Origin: Candidatus Nitrosopumilus koreensis AR1 | GTDB taxonomy: Archaea; Thermoproteota; Nitrososphaeria; Nitrososphaerales; Nitrosopumilaceae | Direction: 5' to 3' | DNA: 32,000 nucleotides | Assembly (NCBI RefSeq): GCF_000299365.1 | Contig: NC_018655.1 | Location: forward strand, 1,260,001 to 1,292,000 | Shown: in pieces, positions 1 through 6,544 of the stretch | Layout of the letters: every line of letters starts with the position of its first letter | How positions within the stretch are numbered: the stretch's first letter is position 1 | Translations under genes and position numbers: made by a program | Notes under the pieces: generated by a model | The model's input: only the letters and a program-made list of their open reading frames with translations | Told to the model about the DNA's origin: nothing | Database searches by the model: none

Positions 1-663
1 TCTCGATATGCATTGAATTGAATTTACAACAGGCATCTTGAGTTCCAATTCATGATGCAATAATCTGTAACATCGAGCAATATCTTTACGTTTAACATTT
101 GCAGCATCTGCAACATCTTTTAGAGTTCTAGGAGTTTCAGTATCTCTGCATGCTGCATATATTGATGCAGCAATCATTGCAGAAATAGATCTTCCACGAA
201 CTAGTTTTTTCTCTAATGCTTTTCTATACAAATATGCAGCTTTTTCAAGAACATTTGTAGAAAGTGCAATCTTGTCTTTTATTCTAGTTAATTCACCGAG
301 TGCTTGTCTGAGATTTCTATCTTGAGGTTCATGAGCTTGGCTTCTGCTATCCCAAGTCCGTAATCGTTCAATGGTGCTTTTCATAGATGTTGATAGTGGC
401 TTGCCAGTAGCATCCTTGTTTATTGGATTAATTACAGTAGATAGCCCCATATCATGTATCAAAAGTGATGAGGGTGCTCCAGTTCTTGCGGGATTTGCCC
501 CACTATCTGTCTGAAATGCCCTCCATTCTGGACCTGACTCATTTGATTTTTCAGAAACAACATATCCACATTTACCACAAAACTGTTCTCCAGTAACATT
601 ATCAGTCTGCATGGAATTTTTTCCACAGCGTAGACAGTTAGAATCTGTAATTGAGACCACCAT
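1..663 (-). CDS. tfb: Transcription initiation factor IIB (TFB), N-terminal ~220 aa; 3' end runs off the window
   Basis: Own translation of the minus strand from ATG at 663: MVVSITDSNCLRCGKNSMQTDNVTGEQFCGKCGYVVSEK... This gives a CxxC...CxxC zinc ribbon, a linker, then a cyclin-like repeat (NVLEKAAYLYRKALEKKLVRGRSISAMIAASIYAACR). It is absent from the ORF track because no stop codon lies inside the window. Confidence 0.93.
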   Translation of the reverse strand, partial: MVVSITDSNCLRCGKNSMQTDNVTGEQFCGKCGYVVSEKSNESGPEWRAFQTDSGANPARTGAPSSLLIHDMGLSTVINPINKDATGKPLSTSMKSTIERLRTWDSRSQAHEPQDRNLRQALGELTRIKDKIALSTNVLEKAAYLYRKALEKKLVRGRSISAMIAASIYAACRDTETPRTLKDVADAANVKRKDIARCYRLLHHELELKMPVVNSIQCISR

Positions 664-673
664 GAAAGGTGCT

Positions 674-928
674 TTATGCTGCCACCTTTTTTATTGGGAT
701 TTTAAGTGATGAAACATTTCTAATTTTTTCATCTTGTGATTCTAATTTTGAGTCAGATTGTGTATTGTCAATATCTGCATTCTCAAAGATTATATTTTCA
801 TTCGTTAATGCCGCACGAAATTTTTGAGACATTGTTTCATCCATTCGGGTTTTAAAAAACAAGAATTCTAATTCTAATCTTTTCAGCCTATTCATTTCAG
901 ATAATTCTTCTTCAATTCTTTTTGTCAT
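674..928 (-). CDS. Hypothetical 84-aa protein: helical/coiled-coil-like N-terminus plus a C-terminal segment resembling the C-terminal strands of Alba
   Basis: ORF track. The C-terminus SKLESQDEKIRNVSSLKIPIKKVAA aligns by eye with the end of the neighbouring Alba (SLESQDGRKRDVSTIEIPISKKVK). An A/T box CTTTAAG (951-957) lies 23 nt upstream of the ATG, the same spacing seen at other genes here. Confidence 0.5.
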   Translation of the reverse strand: MTKRIEEELSEMNRLKRLELEFLFFKTRMDETMSQKFRAALTNENIIFENADIDNTQSDSKLESQDEKIRNVSSLKIPIKKVAA

Positions 929-1011
929 GATCTATGTTCCATTCATCACACTTAAAGATGATTGTATTTGGAACGGATTTGCATTTTGTGAAGAAAAAAA
1001 TGAGCGGAAAA

Positions 1012-1107
1012 TCATTTTTTTAAACAATCACACCCACAAGAAAACATTCCAGCTTTTTCCATGCATTGATCATGATGCCCATTATAGCATTTGTTACAAA
1101 TCACCAT
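1012..1107 (-). CDS. Possible 31-aa Cys/His-rich miniprotein (MVICNKCYNGHHDQCMEKAGMFSCGCDCLKK)
   Basis: Own translation. ATG at 1107 and TGA at 1012-1014. It overlaps the last 14 nt of the upstream zinc-finger ORF in another frame. It contains 7 Cys and 2 His in 31 residues. The only support is the ORF itself and its composition. Confidence 0.3.
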   Translation of the reverse strand: MVICNKCYNGHHDQCMEKAGMFSCGCDCLKK

Positions 1108-1210
1108 TAGAACTCACTTTTTTATGGGTTTTTTCGTGTTCCAACACTTTGGAAAATGTATCAGAAAATCCATCCCATTGGAATTTACATTTTTGACAAT
1201 TGTATTTCAT
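1094..1210 (-). CDS. 38-aa C2H2-like zinc-finger miniprotein (MKYNCQKCKFQWDGFSDTFSKVLEHEKTHKKVSSNGDL)
   Basis: Own translation. Its ATG (1208-1210) directly abuts the Alba TAG stop (1211-1213) in the same frame. The motif is Y-x-C-x2-C-x-F...L-x-H-x3-H. A paralog lies at 1983-2096, about 50% identical over the first 30 aa by eye. Confidence 0.5.
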   Translation of the reverse strand: MKYNCQKCKFQWDGFSDTFSKVLEHEKTHKKVSSNGDL

Positions 1211-1492
1211 CTATTTTACCTTCTTAGAAATTGGAATTTCTATGGTGGAGACATCTCTTTTTCGCCCATCTTGAGATTCTAGTGATTCAGAATTGATTTT
1301 GACACATCCTACTTCAAATGCGTCTGTTTTTTTTAAGAGGACCTGAGTGACATCTACTGCAAGTCCAATACTCATACCTCTGGCCTTAATGACTATGGAA
1401 TCTAATGAAGATAGTTGGATTATTGCAGAGGTGACATATGACATTAACGGTTTTTTTCCGATAAAAATTGTATCATGTGGTTTATCTAACAT
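1211..1492 (-). CDS. albA: DNA/RNA-binding chromatin protein Alba
   Basis: 93 aa. IFIGKKPLMSYVTSAIIQL...IVIKARGMSIGLAVDVTQVLL...RDVSTIEIPI is the typical Alba length and motif layout. Confidence 0.92.
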   Translation of the reverse strand: MLDKPHDTIFIGKKPLMSYVTSAIIQLSSLDSIVIKARGMSIGLAVDVTQVLLKKTDAFEVGCVKINSESLESQDGRKRDVSTIEIPISKKVK

Positions 1493-1515
1493 ACAAAATT
1501 AGATGTAATGCCTCA

Positions 1516-1521
1516 TTTAAA
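1516..1521 (-). promoter_or_regulatory. TATA-like box (TTTAAA) 23 nt upstream of the Alba ATG; implies a leaderless or very short-leader mRNA
   Basis: Read directly from the sequence. The same spacing of about 21-25 nt recurs upstream of several other start codons in this window. Confidence 0.45.
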
Positions 1522-1599
1522 GTGGGTGTGTGAATCTAGTCACAAATATCATAAAAATGAAAAGAGAACATCATCTTTTCTTGTTATTGTTATTCAATA

Positions 1600-1986
1600 C
1601 TAATTTTGATGCAAATCAATTATGTCAAATAGATCTTCAGCTCGTTTGATTATTTTTGAAGAACTGGTGTCTTTGTCAGCACTAATCAATACTAGATGAT
1701 TGGTAGTGGGAACACTTATGATCATGACATTTTTCCTTCGTGATGTAATATAGTCAATTGGGCCAAGAATTTCATCTAGTTCTTGTCTCATTCGTAAATC
1801 AAGCATCATTTGCATATAGACCATCTTGATTTTTTCATCATCTAACAATCTTGGAATTCCTGATTTGAATTTGCTTGCTACTGGTCGTCCTAATTTGTTA
1901 ATTACTGCAACATGCCTAATTTCATCCATTTGAACCAGTTTAGCACATGCATTGTCTAATGAACTAATTTTTTCAACTGAATTCAT
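1600..1986 (-). CDS. Hypothetical 128-aa protein, tentatively Roadblock/LC7-like (small regulatory alpha/beta fold)
   Basis: ORF track. The pattern IRHVAVINKLGRPVAS...NVMIISVPTTNHLVLISADKD resembles Roadblock/LC7 strand patterns, but only by eye. Its start overlaps the stop of the upstream zinc-finger ORF (ATGA). Confidence 0.55.
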   Translation of the reverse strand: MNSVEKISSLDNACAKLVQMDEIRHVAVINKLGRPVASKFKSGIPRLLDDEKIKMVYMQMMLDLRMRQELDEILGPIDYITSRRKNVMIISVPTTNHLVLISADKDTSSSKIIKRAEDLFDIIDLHQN

Positions 1987-2096
1987 TTTGAATTCATAGT
2001 CCTGTTTTTGTGAGACTTTTCATGAACAAGAATCTCTTGAATTTTATCAGAGTTTCCTTCCCATTGAAAACTACATTTTCTACAATTGTAATTCAT
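1983..2096 (-). CDS. 37-aa C2H2-like zinc-finger miniprotein (MNYNCRKCSFQWEGNSDKIQEILVHEKSHKNRTMNSK)
   Basis: Own translation. ATG at 2094-2096 and TGA at 1983-1985, overlapping the ATG (1984-1986) of the next gene. It is a paralog of the 1094-1210 ORF with identical Cys/His spacing. Confidence 0.5.
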   Translation of the reverse strand: MNYNCRKCSFQWEGNSDKIQEILVHEKSHKNRTMNSK

Positions 2097-2200
2097 TTCT
2101 ACAGTTTTTTATTATGAAAATTTACATATCAATGAAGAGTAAATTGATGAAAATTTGTACAAAGTTAATCAGTTGACTAAATTCTGAGTAAAGTCAATCA

Positions 2201-2737
2201 TCAAAGCATTTTACGTTCTATTTTTGGGTAAGATTTATGCTCATAATCCCATGAAAATTGTGTTTTTAATGGATCATATGCTTTAACCATAATCCAAGAT
2301 GAAGGACATGCTTCTTTATGTAATCGATAATCTTTTCCTACCACTTGTTCTTTATCAGTAATTATAAGAATATGCTTTGTTTTTTTATTTTCATCATAAC
2401 ACATATTGAATTTTATAAGAAATTTGTCGTGTCCAATTTTGAGTGTAGACAGTATTTTTGCATCAGATAAAATTGTAGAGGTACTGAATGTATTTGTAAT
2501 AGAAGTGTGTTTTTTTATAAAATCCGGATCTCCATACAACATCATACATTTGTCCATAATGGGGTATGAAGGATATCTTTTACGAAACTCATCTTCGCCC
2601 ATCTTCAAAAATTTTGAATGAATTGTAGTACAACGTATTTCATCTGATTTTTTTATAGAAATACTTGCAAAAGAATCAGGCAGAAAATAGATTGTAAATA
2701 GCATGGCAGCTATGAGAAAAACCAAAATTTTTTGCAT
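2201..2737 (-). CDS. Hypothetical exported protein (178 aa) with an N-terminal signal peptide or anchor
   Basis: The N-terminus is MQKILVFLIAAMLFTIYFLPDSFA. No recognisable catalytic motif. Confidence 0.65.
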   Translation of the reverse strand: MQKILVFLIAAMLFTIYFLPDSFASISIKKSDEIRCTTIHSKFLKMGEDEFRKRYPSYPIMDKCMMLYGDPDFIKKHTSITNTFSTSTILSDAKILSTLKIGHDKFLIKFNMCYDENKKTKHILIITDKEQVVGKDYRLHKEACPSSWIMVKAYDPLKTQFSWDYEHKSYPKIERKML

Positions 2738-2765
2738 GATTCACATATCCTTCAAATAATAAGAA

Positions 2766-2823
2766 AAGAAACATGTCTCAATTTTCATACATGGACAGGG
2801 TTTGGTTTGAGGCATGTTTCCTT
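2766..2823. repeat. Imperfect inverted repeat AAGAAACATGTCTCA ... TGAGGCATGTTTCCTT (about 14-bp arms, 27-nt spacer) upstream of the 2201-2737 gene
   Basis: Read directly from the sequence. The arms differ by one mismatch and one indel. It lies 29-86 nt upstream of the ATG at 2737, so it could be an operator or an RNA hairpin. Confidence 0.4.
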
Positions 2824-3069
2824 GTTTTATTATTCTTCATCAGTACTTGCTTTTCGTTTTCTTTTTACCAATGTTTTTGCCCCCACAACAAAATCCAAAA
2901 ATCAGTATTTTAGATATGAATCGGTTATTTTCTTCCAGAACAAAGTCAACCAGTTAACTTCATCTATGCTTTAATCAAGAAATATCGTTCTTAAATTTAG
3001 AATTAACTACATTAATTTGAGACATATTTGAAAAAGATTAGAAAAAAGCTGTTTTTTGAAGATAGCGAA

Positions 3070-3159
3070 ATGGTAAAAAACTGCAAATATTGCAATAAAG
3101 AATTTAGCAATAATTCCAGTGAATACTGTTCAAAAAAATGCGCAAGTATGAATGTTTGA
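3070..3159 (+). CDS. 29-aa TRASH/FCS-like zinc-ribbon miniprotein (MVKNCKYCNKEFSNNSSEYCSKKCASMNV)
   Basis: Own translation. The motif is C-x2-C-x11-(Y)C-S-x2-C. A tandem paralog follows 6 nt downstream. Confidence 0.4.
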   Translation: MVKNCKYCNKEFSNNSSEYCSKKCASMNV

Positions 3160-3165
3160 GGTAAT

Positions 3166-3297
3166 ATGCTGTTTGAGAAATGCATATGTTGCGGCAGACA
3201 ATTTGTTGATGATTCAGAAGATTATTGTTCCTATCAATGCGAACTCATTGCATCCATAACAAAAAAGAAATTCTATTTAAAAAAGAATCTCAGATAA
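3166..3297 (+). CDS. 43-aa TRASH/FCS-like zinc-ribbon miniprotein (MLFEKCICCGRQFVDDSEDYCSYQCELIASITKKKFYLKKNLR)
   Basis: Own translation. It has the same CxxC...YCSxxC layout as the preceding ORF plus a basic tail. Confidence 0.4.
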   Translation: MLFEKCICCGRQFVDDSEDYCSYQCELIASITKKKFYLKKNLR

Positions 3298-3313
3298 TTT
3301 CATTTTGACAAAG

Positions 3314-4090
3314 TTACACCATCATCTTTGAGATTAAGAGATTCAAAGATTCTTCAAACTTTTTGTTTAATTTTTGAAGATGTACTGGTTTGACAGATAG
3401 AGATTCTGCATCAAACCAGGGTTCAGATAGATACAAGTCTCTATTCATCTCAACTTGAATCCATGGAATAGGCTTATTTCCATATGTTTTTGTAATGTAT
3501 CCCCCATGAAATGGATCATTTAGGGATATTTCTTGTCTATCAATCGAATAAGATTTAGAGATGCAATCAGCTAAAAGTTCAATCATTTCGTCTGAACATG
3601 TGTTTCCGTCTTGATTTGAAAGACAAAACAACGGGCGTTTCTTGTCTTTGCCATCTGGAGAAATTCCAGGTGCAACGGATGCCATGGAATGGCAATCAAG
3701 ACATAACTGTAAATCCAGCTCGGAAAAGCTCTTTTGGAGGGTTCTATGATAAGGCATATAGTATAACTCAATCAACATGTTTCTAAGAGAATCATCAGGT
3801 TCTTTTCCTGAAATATAGATTGGTTTTTCATAACATGTCAAACTTTTGATTAGTCCATCAGAGTTATCAGGAGGCATATCTTGTAATGAGCGGTTAAGAT
3901 CAACAAATGCTCTTGCAATATCTGTCTTGACTACACGTTGAACTTTGTCTCCTAAATCATATAGTTCAACTACAAAAGGATCAGAGTCATCAAACAAATC
4001 TTTATTTGTAATTGCCAGATGCCCATCAAGTTCATTTGGTTTTTTAGTTCCTCCATGTGGGATGGACAGTAATATCGGTAGCTTGTTCAA
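3314..4090 (-). CDS. N-formylglutamate amidohydrolase (FGase, PF05013-type) family protein
   Basis: 258 aa. The N-terminal LSIPHGG and the later LDCHSM are the family's metal-site-type motifs. The TTG start overlaps the GGT stop (TTGA). Confidence 0.8.
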   Translation of the reverse strand: MNKLPILLSIPHGGTKKPNELDGHLAITNKDLFDDSDPFVVELYDLGDKVQRVVKTDIARAFVDLNRSLQDMPPDNSDGLIKSLTCYEKPIYISGKEPDDSLRNMLIELYYMPYHRTLQKSFSELDLQLCLDCHSMASVAPGISPDGKDKKRPLFCLSNQDGNTCSDEMIELLADCISKSYSIDRQEISLNDPFHGGYITKTYGNKPIPWIQVEMNRDLYLSEPWFDAESLSVKPVHLQKLNKKFEESLNLLISKMMV

Positions 4091-5718
4091 TCTAATCCTT
4101 CAGCTGTCCCATCACGTCTGACCTCTGCTACACCATGAAATCCTTGTTGTGATTGTAATTTCATTGTGGCATGAATTGCACCATGATAAAACGAGTATCT
4201 TTCTTTGACAGAAATTTGATATCCCATGTCTTTAAGATATTGTACTATTTCATCACGAAATCCACCATCCTCTATACTGACTGTGCCGCCAATTGAACAA
4301 TGAAATCTAGGGCGTTTGATAGCATCACTCATTGGAAGATTACCATCAATAATCCTAGATAGAAATTGAGTGATTGTTGAAAAAATTCTTTGACTTCCAG
4401 GACTTCCAACGACCATCCACAGTTTAGAATCATTGAAGATCAATGCAGGTGAAACAGAAGTCCAAGGAATTGCATTTGGTCGAATATAGAACGGATGGTT
4501 TGGATTTGTAAATTCAAAAGCTGACATGTAATTATTATACAAAAATCCCAATCCTTCAGCCGCAGCTTTTGAACCATAAGCTAATTCAATTGACTGTGTG
4601 ATTCCTACTGCATTTCCCTCATTATCCATAGTTGAAAGATGAGTTGTATCCTCTCCTCCAAAATCAGGATCCATCATAGGTAATGTAGCATCCATGGAAT
4701 TGTGGATTGAGTCTGCCATTTGTTTTGCAAAAGATCTTTGAAGGTGAAGTTTGTCTTGTGTTTGTTTGTAAGTGTGTCGATTAAATGGACGCTGTAATCG
4801 GTGCAAAAATGCCTTTCTGAAAGTTTCTGCTACAAAGTGATACGAACTTGGTTTTGAACTTCTTAGGAATTTTGATGGTAGGTGATTTAACATCATTAAT
4901 GTGAGTAGTAAAGTTCTTCCGGCAGCTGGAGGAGGCATTGTTGTAACTGTAAAATGCCTGTATTTTCTGCTGAGCGGTTTTTTGATGATTGGTTCTGGCA
5001 TGTATGCCAAATCTTCCTCTCGAATCAAGCCCTTGTTCTTTTTCATATCTTGAGAAATTTTCTTTGCAATAGAGCCATGATAAAAAACAGTATATCCGTA
5101 TTCAGAAATTATCTTTAATGTTTCAGCTAGATCATGTTGTACAAATGTGTCTCCTACGTCATAAGGAACCTGTCCATCTTTCAAAAAATATTTGGCACCT
5201 GATTTTGATTTTATTGAGAGGAATTTGTCAAGTTCCCTTATTTGCAAATCGTGTTGTAGTTGTGTGATTTTGTATCCCTTTTTTGCAATCCGTATAGACG
5301 GAGCAACAATTTTTTGCCAAGACAACTGTCCAAATCTTTCATGCATAAAACCTACTGTTGCCAAGGTGCTTGGAATAGTAGTTGCTCTGTAGCCTAGTTT
5401 ACGCTTTTTTTGTAATCTGTATTTTGATGAATGAGCTAAAGACGGTGCACGGCTTGAACCATCAATTGCAAATGATTTTCCATTGTAATGCATTATGACC
5501 ATTGATTGACCGCCAAGTCCTGATGCTTGAGGTTCGCATACTCCTAAAGCTAACGCAGTTGCACATGCAGCATCAATTGCATTTCCTCCTTTTCTGAGCA
5601 TCTCAACACCTGCTTTTGTAGCATCAGGAAACGCTGATGCAACCATTCCCTTTTTGGCAACGGCGCATTTCTTATCTGCAGTAGGCACAAATGCTTTTTC
5701 TATATGTTCTACATCCAA
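4087..5718 (-). CDS. ggt: Gamma-glutamyltransferase (Ntn-hydrolase), apparently without a signal peptide
   Basis: 543 aa. GGEDTTHLSTMDNEGNAV contains the autoprocessing/catalytic Thr. Other motifs: GGNAIDAA, GSPGSQRI. The TTG start is preceded by GGAG 8 nt upstream. Confidence 0.92.
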   Translation of the reverse strand: MDVEHIEKAFVPTADKKCAVAKKGMVASAFPDATKAGVEMLRKGGNAIDAACATALALGVCEPQASGLGGQSMVIMHYNGKSFAIDGSSRAPSLAHSSKYRLQKKRKLGYRATTIPSTLATVGFMHERFGQLSWQKIVAPSIRIAKKGYKITQLQHDLQIRELDKFLSIKSKSGAKYFLKDGQVPYDVGDTFVQHDLAETLKIISEYGYTVFYHGSIAKKISQDMKKNKGLIREEDLAYMPEPIIKKPLSRKYRHFTVTTMPPPAAGRTLLLTLMMLNHLPSKFLRSSKPSSYHFVAETFRKAFLHRLQRPFNRHTYKQTQDKLHLQRSFAKQMADSIHNSMDATLPMMDPDFGGEDTTHLSTMDNEGNAVGITQSIELAYGSKAAAEGLGFLYNNYMSAFEFTNPNHPFYIRPNAIPWTSVSPALIFNDSKLWMVVGSPGSQRIFSTITQFLSRIIDGNLPMSDAIKRPRFHCSIGGTVSIEDGGFRDEIVQYLKDMGYQISVKERYSFYHGAIHATMKLQSQQGFHGVAEVRRDGTAEGLD

Positions 5719-5730
5719 TCCATTTCTCCT

Positions 5731-6534
5731 CTAATTTGGCGGCAAATCCTTTCCACAATGTGGACATGTGTTGTTGCTCCGTTCTTTTCTTTTTCGGAGT
5801 TCCTCAGTAAATGCAGACGCCATGATACCTGTTGGTATTGCATATACAGCAATACCTAAAATTGCCACGCCTGCACCGATAACTTTACCCAGTATGGTTA
5901 CAGGATAAACATCCCCATATCCAATAGTTGTCAGTGTTATTACACCCCACCACATAGATGCAGGAATACTTGAGAATATTTGGGGTTGTGCCTCATGTTC
6001 TGCATAATACATCAGACTAGATGCAAAAATTAACACTATGAAAAGAATAAAGAATGCAACAGCCAAATCCCCTGCTTTTGCTTTGAAAACTTCTCCAAGT
6101 GTCTGCATTGGTTCAGAATATCTAGCAAGCTTGAACAATCTGAATAGTCTCAGAAGACGTATTATTCTGATGAATCGCATATCTGCAACCACAAACGGTA
6201 AGAAGAAAGGCAGTATTGCAGCTAAATCTATCAGCATCATTGGAGTAAATACAAATCTTAGCAATGCAAATTTTTTATTCTGATACTTTGGATTTAGTTT
6301 ACAAACAATTAATCTCCCAGCATATTCTGCTGTGAAAACTAATACTGAAAATATTTCAAAAGGAGTAAACAGATAGCCGTATTCATCTAAAACAGATTCT
6401 TCTGTTTCAATAATTACAAATAACACATTTACTGCAATCAAAGATATTATGAAAATTTGAAAGCCTTTTGCAAGTTTATCATTTGTAGTGCCTTCAAGAA
6501 TTTCATAAGTTCTTTGTAAGATGACGTTAACCAT
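5731..6534 (-). CDS. Voltage-gated-type K+ channel (6TM, S4 sensor plus TTIGYGD pore)
   Basis: The S4-like segment is RFIRIIRLLRLFRLFKLAR. The selectivity filter is TLTTIGYGD. The short C-terminal tail carries CPHC. Confidence 0.9.
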   Translation of the reverse strand: MVNVILQRTYEILEGTTNDKLAKGFQIFIISLIAVNVLFVIIETEESVLDEYGYLFTPFEIFSVLVFTAEYAGRLIVCKLNPKYQNKKFALLRFVFTPMMLIDLAAILPFFLPFVVADMRFIRIIRLLRLFRLFKLARYSEPMQTLGEVFKAKAGDLAVAFFILFIVLIFASSLMYYAEHEAQPQIFSSIPASMWWGVITLTTIGYGDVYPVTILGKVIGAGVAILGIAVYAIPTGIMASAFTEELRKRKERSNNTCPHCGKDLPPN

Positions 6535-6544
6535 GATAAGATTA

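Noticed and set aside
927-1282. Plus-strand ORFs of 89 aa and 63 aa across the Alba / zinc-finger region.
   Set aside because: They are low-complexity, Phe/Cys/His-rich shadows of the minus-strand genes. They have no promoter or motif support, whereas the minus-strand reading gives Alba plus conserved-looking paralogous zinc fingers.
2140-2190. Possible C/D-box sRNA: UGAUGA at 2145-2150 and CUGA at 2184-2187 on the plus strand.
   Set aside because: The 33-nt C-to-D distance is too short for the archaeal C-D'-C'-D layout. No recognisable internal D'/C' boxes and no terminal stem are present. Such short motifs are expected by chance in AT-rich DNA.
2732-2974. 80-aa plus-strand ORF in the 2738-3069 gap.
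   Set aside because: The composition is not protein-like (Phe/Ser/Leu-rich, runs of T). It starts inside the neighbouring gene's start region and has no motif. The region is better treated as intergenic and regulatory.
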